Shown here: positions 1 to 10,134 of the stretch, in pieces | Layout: every line of letters begins with the position of its first letter | Position numbering within the stretch: the stretch's first letter is position 1 | Assembly (NCBI GenBank): GCA_977017645.1 | Contig: OZ360237.1 | Location: 15,686,001-15,750,000 of the forward strand | DNA length: 64,000 bases | Source of the DNA: Torpedo marmorata | Lineage: Eukaryota | Reading direction: 5' to 3' | Notes under the pieces: generated by a model | Seen by the model: only the letters and a program-made list of their open reading frames with translations | Told to the model about the DNA's origin: nothing | The model's database searches: none | Position numbers and translations under genes: made by a program

Positions 1-1734
1 TATTTATAACTGTCACATTAGTAGCAAAAGTACTCCTTTTCAATTTCAGACTAGGATGTGAGTTAGACCTCCTTACATCTTTGCTCCCCATTGAATTGCC
101 TTTGGTATTTCCATATATTGGATCTGTTTCAATGTAGACCTGTCATTCAAGAAAATTTACCAAATCCTTTAAGGTAGCTCTTCGACCGTAACTTTCTTGT
201 AAATCACAAGCCAAATTTCTCCATCTATCCCACAACTTGTAAGGTAATTTTTCTAAGATGATTTGCATATTACCAGGCACTTCAAGCTCACGAGTATTAT
301 TGATATCTTCCATGGCATTACAACATCCTCTTAGAATATATGCTTGTAGAGCCTTTCCATCATTCTGTTTTATTGATGTCCATTTAAGAGCTTTATCCAT
401 ATAAGCTATAGCAATTCGATGCTTGTTGCCAAAATGTTGTTCTAGTAAAGACTTAGCTCTGTCTAATCCTCTGTCTGAGGACATATGTTGACAACTCTTT
501 AAAAGTTCTCTTGGATGTCCTTCTGTGAACATTTCCAAATAATAGACATTCATCAGGGTCTTGGCACTTATTTTCAATATTGTGTTTGAAAGATCTCATG
601 AACGCTTGGTACTGAAGTGGATCACCATCAAAAGTTTGTATCTCTTTCTTGGGCAAAGAAGAGAGAGACTGTAACTGAGTCAATGATGCAGCAATTTCAT
701 TTTGTCTTCCCTTGGATGACAATACATTGCTCTGTTCACTGCCTCTTGTTACAGGTAATGTATCTGAAAACCTCACTGGTGTAGTTTCTCCCATATTTCT
801 GATGCTTGACTCAAATGACAAGGGAGCTGCATCGTTCGACCGAACCCAAGCCGCAGCTTTGTCTTCAGATGTTACTGCTGGTACATGTGACTCGATACCA
901 CTATGCTCTTGAAGGATTTGTCCTTGTATTTGCAAGTCTTGTACCCCTGGTACTACCCTTTTGGTTGGTTTCTTTTCCTGTGACTCTTTTTTAAAATATG
1001 ATCTTTTATTATCATACACTTTAGATAATTTACTTCGAGCACCAGATACCATTGAGCCTTCTCGTACACCTTTTTTTGCTTTGGCAATAATAATGTTTGC
1101 TTCCAGCTCCTGCTGCTCCTTTCTCTGCCTTAGCTGCTCCTTCTCTTGCCTTAGCTGCCGCTTTAGCTGCTCCTCCTTTTGCCTTAGCTGCTCCTCCTGT
1201 CCTTCTAAAATATGTTTATCCTTAAGCGTTTTTTGTCGTGCAAGAAGAGCGGCCAAGTTGAGAGCGTGTGCTGGGTGGTGTGGAAAAAAAAAAGTAAAAA
1301 GAAGAGCGGCCAAGTTAACTTCAATCTTTGTACGTGACAATGCAGAACTTGAAGTACGAGAAACTCTGGAGCTCGAACCAGAACTTTGTTTGCTTCTCCT
1401 GCTTTCAGCATTTGAGACACTGTCACATGCCTGTATTTCATCCTGCAGGTCAGACGTTGTCTTCTTACTTACCTCTTTCTCCAATCCGAATTGTACATCC
1501 TTTGCATCTTCATCCTCTTTGTTTTCTTCATCCTTTTCATTTTCTTCATCATTTGTTGACACAATTTCAGCCATTTCCACGTTGCTGTCTTCTTGTTCAT
1601 CAAACGAAGCCGCCTCTTTTTCCTTTGCCAGCTTCAGTCTTGCGATGAGAACCTTTTTATTTCCACTTATATCTAGTTTCAGTCACTTCAATTCTTCTTT
1701 AAGATTCACAACCTTCATGTCTTCAATACGTTAG
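1..1734 (-). mobile_element. BEL/Pao LTR retrotransposon gag region (frameshifted; continues off the left edge)
   Basis: ORFs 453-1580 and 143-577: coiled-coil N-terminus, then LPKKEIQTFDGDPLQYQAFMRSFKHNIE and KLPYKLWDRWR, typical of Pao/BEL gag (DUF1759-like). Confidence 0.8.
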
Positions 1735-1939
1735 TCCTCAACAGCAACATCAGCGGTTGCTACATCAGCGGCTGCTGTGGCCACTTTACTCGTCTTGTTC
1801 CACTGTCCTTCGAGCATACACAACACTAGCCAAATCAACAGTCCCCAATGGACTAGCGGCAGCAAATCCAATCTGTGTTCTAACTTGCCAAAGATACACA
1901 GAAGGAGTCCACAGACTTATGCCTACCACTTCAGATGGC

Positions 1940-2816
1940 TGTAATGTGCTGCTATTCACAAACGAGTTTCCACCACAACATCCGTCAATAATATCGCTGA
2001 TTTTCCAAAAATGGTTTCTCCAACGTATTTATTGGACACTTTACTATAAGATTTGAAGCTCTAAATCCCTCTCTGGCTGTTATTCATGGCAGATGGATGT
2101 GGATTACAAACTGCCCCTAACTCGAGGCATCTCCAAGATGGCCACCATTTTATTTTAAATATCAGTCCAAAGCACAGAGAGATTATTCTATCTTCTATTC
2201 AATTTTCTGTTCCAAATAATAAGTCTTTCATTGACTAAACATATAGTGACTTCAATCCAACAAATAGTCACTTGGAGGCTCGGTGAGATACTTGTTCTTG
2301 ACGCGTTTCAATTAATTTACTAACAAAGTCCAATATGTTCAAAATGTTTATTAACACATGATGACTTGTGGCAATCTTCAATAACTTAAATATCTTCTTT
2401 AATGAAATATAAACAATTCTTAATAACGATGCTTAATAACGATTCTTCAAACGCTCATTTAAACGTTCTTTTAAACGCTCATTTAAACGTTCTTTTAAAC
2501 GTTCCTTTAAACATGGCTTTAAACATTACTTTAAACGGTCAATGAAAGATATGACGATCTCACTCACCCTCTTCTAAGCCGCCATATTCTATACTAATTC
2601 TACTCTCCTGATTCGCGCATGCTCTAACTGCGCATACTCCACCGCGCATACTCACGTCACTTGCCCACTACGCATGCGCTCGTCGGCACTCTCGCGCATG
2701 CGCAGAGTACTCAATAGGCCTAGCGTGGCCTACTAATCTCCGTGAGTCCTCCGAAACCCACTGAGACCATTGGAACGCCATGATTAAGGTAAGTAACCAA
2801 GCCTACGGCTCTTACA
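1940..2816 (-). repeat. Probable 5' LTR of the BEL/Pao element
   Basis: On the minus strand it starts TGTAAG at 2816, exactly where a Rex1 3' UTR is cut off; AATAAA near 2030; a CA end at 1940. The inner boundary is inferred. Confidence 0.55.
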
Positions 2817-3382
2817 ACTATCTTACGACATTACTATAAAAAAATTATAAATAATAGTGCACGAAAAGTAAGGCAGTGTCTTTGGTTCATTGATTATTCA
2901 GGAATCTGATGGCAGCAGGGAAGAAGCTGTCCTTGTGCCACTGAGTACTCGTCTTTAGGCTTCTGTACCTTTTTCCCGATGGTAGCAGAGTGAAGAGGGC
3001 ATGGCCTGGGTGGTGGGGTCTTTGAGGATAGAGGCTGCTTTTTTTAAGACATCGCCTCATGTAGATGTCCTCGATGGAGTGAAGTCTGGTGCCTATGATG
3101 TCACAGACCGAGTTAACAACCCTCTGGAATTTATTTTTGTCCTGAGAGTTGGCGTCTCCATACCAGGCAGTGATGCAACCAGCTTTAGCTGCTCCTCCTT
3201 TTGCCTTAGCTGCTCCTCCTGTCCAGAATGCTCTCCACGGTACACCTGTAGAAGTTTACGAGAGTCTTCGGTGACAAACCGAATCTCCTCAGACACCTCA
3301 CAAAGTATAGCCGCTAGTGAGCCTTCTTTGTGATTGCATCAACGAGGAGGCTCCAGGACAGATCCTCAGAAATATTGACACC
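2817..3382 (-). mobile_element. Rex1/Babar-type LINE 3' fragment
   Basis: Matches the copy at 32657-33411 (KDPHHPGHALFTLLPSGKRYR...DSFFP); its 3' UTR is truncated by the BEL LTR. Confidence 0.85.
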
Positions 3383-3386
3383 CTTT

Positions 3387-4100
3387 CCAGACTCCCTGCT
3401 TCCTCAAAACGACCCACCCGTCCACTTCGTATTGAAAACCTGCCCACAAAGCCATCAATTCTGTCATCTAAATCTTTTAGGTAGAGTGTGAAATGCAGCA
3501 AACCCAACACCAACACCCATGGAATACCACTCGTCATTGGCAGCCAGCCAGAAAAGGGCCCGTTTATTCTCACTCTTTGCCTTCTACACACCTCAGTATT
3601 TTTCCTGTAAAACCATGGGCTCCTATCTTGTTCAGCAGCCTTATGTGCAGCACCTTGTCAAAGGCCTTCTGAAAATCCAAGAACACAAATTTATTTACTC
3701 TCATTTGTCCTGCTTATTTCTTCCTTAATGAACTCCAAAATATTTGTCAGGCAAAATCTCCCCTGAAGGAAACTATGCTGACTTCAGTCTATTTTATCTT
3801 GTGCTGTCAAGTACTCCGAAACTCATAAGAACATAAGAAATGGGAGCAGGAGTAGGCCATTTGGCCCATCGAGCCTGCTCTTCAATAAGATCATGGCTGA
3901 TAGGCTCATCTCCACCTACCTGCCTTTTCCTCACATCCTTTCATTCCCCTACAATGCAAAAATCTATCCAAACTTGTCTTAAATATGTTTACTGAGGTGG
4001 CCTCCACTGCTTCAATGGGCAGAGAATTCCATAGATTCTCCATTTATCCTTAATCATCCTTAATGATGGACTCTAGAATCCTGCCAATTACTGAAGTTGG
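3387..4100 (-). mobile_element. CR1 LINE fragments and CR1 3' tail
   Basis: RT remnants (TSGIP..LVLG, LDFQKAFDKV); CR1 tail cataagaacataagaa...taggcc at 3826-4040. Confidence 0.75.
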
Positions 4101-4129
4101 GCAATTTTAAGTGAGACATGGAAAAAATG

Positions 4130-4826
4130 ATCCCATGATACAATTCGCCAAAGAGCAATGGAATTCTCTCAGGTGCTCCATCATTTATTAAAGTAACATT
4201 TTCTCTGGTTATTAACACATCAAAGCTTATGGGCATTTAAAAGTGCAAATTAGTTCTGTGTTTCTTCAGTAATAGCAGTGGTGCACCTAAAAAAAAACTG
4301 ATCCACAGAGAACACACTGGAATATCCTGAATAAATACAAGACAATATTTAAATCCTCATTCTTTTTTTCTTACAGTTTGACAAAGTGGTTGCCTCTGTT
4401 TTATTTTCTATTTAATACATCTACAAAGATCTATTCTTGGCAATTTATATTCATGGTTCTCAAGTTCATGTTTTTCCAATCTATCATCATTCTCTCAAAG
4501 GCTTCAGGGGTGCTCTGAGCACCTCCTCTGGAGATTGATGCTTTGTGCCTCAATGTCTAGAACTGGCCTTGGTTCAAGGTCTAATAGAGCTTTGTATAAT
4601 ATTAACCTGCTTCATCAACGTTGACAACAAAATAACATATTTTAATTGTGCTTTGTAGGACATGTTAACTACAGTAAAACCCCTGGTATCTGGCACCTAC
4701 GGGGATTGGTAGATGCCGGATACGCGAGTTTTACGGTTACTTGAGACTGCGTGTTGAATGAATGGAGAACTAATGGCGAGGTGCACCAATTTTAAACTTC
4801 AGTATTTTTACCCATTTATTTTCTGC

Positions 4827-4863
<37 letters not shown>

Positions 4864-5410
4864 TTGCCAGTGCTTGAATTCCAGATAACAAGGATTTTAC
4901 TGTACCACATCTATTAAATGCTTTTGTTGGTTTTATCTTCACTGTTAGTGTTTCACCAAATTATGGTTGAATGTCAACAAATTATCCGTATTACTTCTCG
5001 GTTATAGATTTTAACTAATCTCATTGCGGCTATTGGTCAATTCTTCTGATATAACTACCCTCTCCTATTGTCCTCCATGCCAATTAGAGCAGTTTGTATT
5101 AAGCCTCAAAATCTAAGTCAGAGAGGTCATTTACAAACAACAATGATCCTGTTCTGCCTCATGCTTCATTCTTGCACTTCATATGGCCACATGTTTGCCG
5201 CTTTCTAGATCTGTTGAATTGCCTTTAAAGAAGGGACAATCCATTCCTCATCTGGCGGCGAAATCAATCTGTTACTTGGTGAGATAACTAACAGCTGTGC
5301 AGTTGACCGAAAACCAGGAGAGTCGTGTGTCCCATGGTGTTTTGCAGAATCCGACTGGTGGAGCAGAGAGGAAACAGCAATACATGGCACCATTCTGACT
5401 TTCCAGGAGG
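4130..5410 (+). pseudogene. NA: Influenza-like neuraminidase EVE (head domain, decayed, split by a MITE)
   Basis: Colinear motifs: LAIYIHGSQ~LTIGISGPD; STNYPYY~GSNRPWV; LSRSVELPLKKG~YSRTMSKTERMG (flu B); SCVPWCF/IRLVEQRGNSNTW~[22 protein letters not shown] (N1, one frameshift). By-eye alignment. Confidence 0.6.
4672..4902. mobile_element. Tigger/pogo-like MITE
   Basis: Imperfect TIRs CAGTAAAACCCCTGGTATCTGG / CCAGATAACAAGGATTTTACTG; TA on both sides; internal poly-T. Confidence 0.85.
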
Positions 5411-5424
5411 GGTGCCACCAAAGA

Positions 5425-5770
5425 ACACTCGCCAAAAGTGGCCACCAATCCAAACATGCTGTTTGGATGTGGGGTTTTATTCAGAGTTGTCCAGGAACTC
5501 TGCTTCCCGAGTACAATTGGACGCCAGGCCAGGGATTTCGGGGCGAGCAGGAAAGTCTTGAATTCTGGAAAGAGAAATGGATCCAGAAAATACTGGAAAG
5601 AGAAATGGATCCAGAAAATACTGGAAAGAGAAATGGATCCAGAAAATACTGGAAAGAGAAATGGATCCAGAAAATACTGGAAAGGAACAGCATGAGGAGA
5701 AATAAGAATTTTTTCCCCCAAGTGAAAATGTCACTAAAGCAATAACTCATGTAATATTGCATTGTACTCT
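5425..5770 (+). pseudogene. PB2: Influenza-like PB2 EVE, about aa 140-220
   Basis: KVATNP...VVQELCFPSTIG ~ RVDINP...VIMEVVFPNEVG; KILERNSMRRNKNFFPQV ~ YMLERELVRKTRFLPV (ORFs 5438-5695, 5467-5745). Confidence 0.7.
5565..5684. repeat. 28-bp tandem repeat, about 4.3 copies
   Basis: CTGGAAAGAGAAATGGATCCAGAAAATA at 5565, 5593, 5621, 5649, partial at 5677. Confidence 0.95.
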
Positions 5771-5780
5771 GTCAGTATTG

Positions 5781-6452
5781 TCAAGTCAATTTTAGTGTCA
5801 TCTGATTTCACAAGTATAACCTGACGAAACAGCGTTCTCTGGTCCTCGGTGCAAAACACGCAGACACACAACCAGACATAACACACATACAGACAGACAA
5901 TACATATGCAGGACAAGTATTCATATGTATAAATAAATATTGTTTAGTAAATATGAGAGCCTTGCATGGTTAGTGTGAGCAGTTCCTTTGGCCGTTCAGC
6001 ATTCTCACTGCCCTTGGGAAGATGCTGTTTCTCAGCCTGGTGGTGCTGGCTCTGATGCTCCTGTATCTCTTTCCTGACAAGAGCAGCTGAAAGATATTGT
6101 GTGCAGGGTGGAAGGGGCCCTGAAGGATTTTGCGTGCCCTCTTCACACAACAATCCCGCTAGATCACGTCAATGGGGGGGGGGGGGGAGGTGGAGAGAGA
6201 TGACCGTGATCCTCTCTGCCACTCTTATGGTCCTGTGGATTGACTTCCGATCTATTTCTCTGGAGCAACCGTACCACACTGTGATGCAGCCGGCCAGGAC
6301 GCTCTCGATAGAGCTCCTGTAGAAAGTTGACATGATGGTGGCCGGTAGCCTTGCCCGCTTCAGTCTTCTCAGGAAGTGCAGTCGCTGTTGCGCCTTCCTG
6401 ACAAGTGAGGAGATGTGTGTCCACAACGGGTCACTAATTAAGTGAACTCCAA
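5781..6452 (-). mobile_element. Rex1/Babar-type LINE 3' fragment
   Basis: KAQQRLHFLRRLK...FYRSSIESVLAGCITVWYG (DUF1891-like) plus 3' UTR. Confidence 0.85.
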
Positions 6453-6479
6453 GTCAACTCTGTTTCTATTTTCTATTTT

Positions 6480-6850
6480 AGATGCAAAAACAAACTAAAA
6501 ATAACTGGGGTGTTGGGGGCACAGAGACTGCTCCACTGAGCCACTTGAAGACACAGTGGGCAATTGTGCACAGTGGGAAGTATCTTTCTGTGAATTACCT
6601 CGAGGTCAACTTTGCAATTTAGAACAAGGAGGAGAATAACTAAGCGGCTTTCCCGAGGTGGTTGTTATTGGAGACGGACAGAGATGAACCACAGGTGAAT
6701 TGAGGGGTATGGGGCAAGAGCAGAACTTCATGATTAAGCCAAGAAGAGAAAGGCAAAGCAAGCTCAAAGAACTGATTGGCCTATCTTGTATGCTTGTACC
6801 TTTTAGAAATATTATCAATTCTCTTGTTCTGTGGATCTTTAAAGTGGGTG
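6480..6850 (+). pseudogene. PB2: Influenza-like PB2 EVE, about aa 300-420 (cap-binding domain); continues the 5425-5770 piece
   Basis: *RHSG~KRTSG; GFPEVVVIG~GYEEFTMVG; TGELR~TAILR; RERQSKLKELIGLSCML~RDEQSIAEAIIVAMVF. Confidence 0.65.
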
Positions 6851-6904
6851 ATGAGACTCTGCCAAATCTAGGGAAAGAAGTGCTTGATGGGACAGATGGT
6901 TTGG

Positions 6905-7128
6905 GTAGAATCTGTGGAATGCTCTGCCACAGAGGGTGGTAGAGGCAGATTCGCTGATTATGTTCAAAAGAGAGTTAGATAAGACTCTAGTGGGCAGAGG
7001 AGTTAAGGGTTATGGGGATAAGGCTGGTAAGGGGTACTGATAGTAGTGATCAGCCATGATCTGTAAAATGGCGGTGCTGGCTCGACGGGCCGAAGGGCCT
7101 ACTCCAGCTCCTATTGTCTATTGTCTAT
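6905..7128 (+). mobile_element. CR1 3' end
   Basis: ctgtggaatgctctgcc...gaagggcctact...(CTATTGT)n tail. Confidence 0.8.
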
Positions 7129-7129
7129 A

Positions 7130-9520
7130 GTATGGGAAGCAGTGGGCCCTTTCTATTTAGGGGCATTGCCACCACTGTGGTGCTTTGTCGTTACTCCTCT
7201 GTTATTTAGGGGGGCTTCCACTCAGTCTCAGCCCCTCAATGCCCAGTGATGGAAGGACTCTAGACTGTGGTCCTTCCCCACAATGCCTTCGCATTGGCTG
7301 CAGCAAGCCTCAGCGCGTTGCTCAGCATGTATCTCTTCAGCCAGGAATGTGCGAGTTGGCAGCATTCCTGCACCAACATCTCCATGTGCTGAAAGACCAA
7401 CAGGCTTTGGGCGTCTTTCACCAAGTTGATGGTCTTCCACCTGCTCAGGATGTCTAATTCTGTGTGCGTCCCCGGGAACAGCCCATAAATCAGAGAGTCC
7501 TATGTCACGCTGCTACGGGGATGAACCATGTCAAGGACCCTTGCATCCTTCTCCACACACTCTTAGTGAATCTTCCATTCTGCAAGAAGGTGGGCAACTA
7601 TTGTATTATTTGCTACACTAAATTTATCTTTCATTCTCTGAAACGTAATAAATTTACCAGCTTCAAAACAATCATTTATTTCCTTAATTCCCTTTTGGAA
7701 CCAAATTTTAAATAATTGATTATCGACAGTAAATGGAATAAGTTCATTTTGATATAGAGGCATTCTTCGAGAAATTGACCCTTTCGCTCCTATTTCTCTA
7801 TCCACTCTATTCCATATTTCTAACAAATGCCTAAAAATAGGAGAATTTTTCCCTCTAATTAATAATAATTTAGAATTCCATTTATAAATGACTTCTTCTT
7901 TCAAATCCTCTCCTATATTATTTAATTCTATTCTCATCCAAGCAGAGAGCTTCCCTAAATCAAACAATTCGTTAATAAATTTTAGTTGGGCTGCTTTATA
8001 ATAATATTGAAAATTAGGAAGCTTTAGACCACCCATTTCATAGTTCCAGGTTAATTTCTCCAATCCTACTCTTGCCAACTTTCCTTTCCACAAAAATTTC
8101 CTAATAATTAAATTTAAATCCTTAAAAAACTTCTGAGGGATTTCATAAGGAATTGATTGAAAAAGATATTGAATTCTCGGAAAAACTTTCATTTTAATTG
8201 GGTCACGGTTTGACCTTACCAAGACAGACTGAATTGGAATTATTAGTTACTAATGGAGGTGTGCCTAAATTTATTTCTCAAATGTATAGATTGTTATAGA
8301 GGAAATTTCCTAAATCAGGAATTCATAAATCAAGATTAAATTGGGAAAAAGATTTGAATGTAACAATAGATGAAGAACACTGGAAAAAATTATGTAAACA
8401 AAGTATGACGAAGATTATTAATGTTAGATATAGACTGGTGCAATATAATTTTTTTCATCAATTGTATTTAACGCCTAAAAGACTAAAGAAATTTAATCTG
8501 ACGTTATCTGGTTTATGTTTTAGATGTAACAGTGAGGAAGGTTCCTTTGTACACTCCACATGGTTTTGTCCAAAAGTGTTTGATTTTTGGTTGAAGGTTA
8601 AAACGTTTTTGGATAGGGTACTGGGAGTTACACTCCCAATGGATCCTATGATATTTTTGTTTGGAGATATTGAAGGAACCAGTGTTAAAGTGAAATTAAA
8701 TACCGGTATGTATCAGACAGAATTTTTACGTATTGCTTTAGCCGTTTCTAAGAAATGTATTGCCATTACATGGAAGTCGGATGTAGATTTAGGGTTGGAA
8801 AGATGGCATGCAGAATTGCGTTCATGTATACCACTCGAAAAAATTACATATGATTTACGTGATAAGTATCATTTCTTTTTGGAAGTATGGAGCCCATATA
8901 TAAAAACTGTTGGTTTAAGGATTTGAAGATCTCTGGACATCGGATCTGGCTGGCGAACCTATCCTCCACAATAAAATCAGCTTATAGTTGTTCTTTTTAG
9001 ATTGTCATTCTCCTTACTCGATCTTTTTCTTCTTCTTTCTTTCTTTTCGGGAGGGTTAGGGAGGGTGAAAATGTATCACATGTAATTTGAGAAATTTGCA
9101 TTTTAAACTGTGTATTGTGTGATTTAAAAATTTTAAATAAAATATTAAAAAAATTAAAAAGAAGGTGGGCAACTGCCTCTAATCCACCACATTCACCTCA
9201 GGGGCAACGTGCGTGGTGGGTGATGTTCCTGTTGTACAGGAAGGATCTGACTGGGAGGGCTCCTCTCACCGCCAACCAGGCCAAGTCCTAGTGCTTGTTC
9301 TTGAGCACTCCACCAGATGACTTGGACGGTCTGTTCAGGGAACCAACCCACAGTATCCATCGAGTCCTCGTCTCTCAGTGCCTGTAAGACATTCCGTGCT
9401 GACCACTGCCTGATGAGACATACTATTCCTGGATGTACATTCTGATTCAGGAACGACAAGGCCTCGAGGTTGTAATTCCAATTGACGTGCTTTGAAGCCA
9501 GGCCCAAGCTAAACCACTTA
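7130..9520 (-). mobile_element. Tx1-type non-LTR element 3' part, interrupted by an L1
   Basis: LIYGLFPGTHTE...LVFQHMEM...KALWGRTTV (7130-7599) resumes after the L1 at 9159-9520. Confidence 0.7.
7600..9158 (+). mobile_element. 5'-inverted, truncated L1 (twin-priming product)
   Basis: ORF2 on the minus strand at 7600-8200, on the plus strand at 8215-8926; A-rich tail; 16-bp TSD AAGAAGGTGGGCAACT at 7584-7599 and 9159-9174. Confidence 0.9.
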
Positions 9521-9529
9521 AAAGTCACC

Positions 9530-10100
9530 CCGCAGCTTGAAAATGAGGAGTCCTTTGACTTTTAAGGCATTCAAAAACTAAGTTAGCATCCTATTAAAAT
9601 TTATTTAAAAATTAAGAGATAAGCACTTAAATAGTTAAATATACTTAATTATATGAATAAAATGCAAATAACCTGCAACTTCTCTCACTTGCAGACATTC
9701 CTCATTTGAAATAACTGGAGGCACTGCACCTATGACAGTGAAACCTGCCAGGCTCTGTGGCCAGTGCTTGAGTGCAGTCAATGACACGTGGTAAGTTGTG
9801 AGGAAGTTTGAAACTTGTGCGTCTATGTGCGTGGGTCTCATACACCCTCGCAGCCATGAGGTAAATGCTGACAGCTGTGCGTGTTCTGGCTGCCTTCTCT
9901 TTTTGGGAAGAATTCTCGGCTGTTATTTTGTCAGGTGAGAAGGCCTCGTACGAGAGATTTTGGTTGGCAATAATGTAAGTTTCACTTCCAGGGTTTTAAG
10001 TTATAAACAAGTTTAAGGTTAATTGTTACTATTAAATTTGTTGGGCTGTCAGTAAATTTTAAATGCAAATCTGCAAATAACTGTAATGACAGCATTTCCA
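9530..10100 (+). pseudogene. M1: Influenza-like matrix protein M1 EVE
   Basis: CVGLIHPRSHEVNAD (from 9828) ~ CMGLIYNRMGAVTTE; ARLCGQCLSAV~VKLYRKLKREI upstream in the same frame; AAFSFWEEFS~GLVCATCEQIA downstream after a frameshift. Confidence 0.6.
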
Positions 10101-10134
10101 CTTTATGTCCAGGGATTATCTAAAATAGTATAGT

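Noticed and set aside
961-1734. Ser/Cys-rich 257-aa plus-strand ORF
   Set aside because: Antisense shadow of the BEL gag coiled-coil; many other short ORFs in the track are likewise antisense to TE ORFs.
9695-9790. Host protein-coding exon
   Set aside because: Splice signals are good, but the frame continues past the donor into M1-like motifs and no partner exons were found; kept only as possible exonisation.
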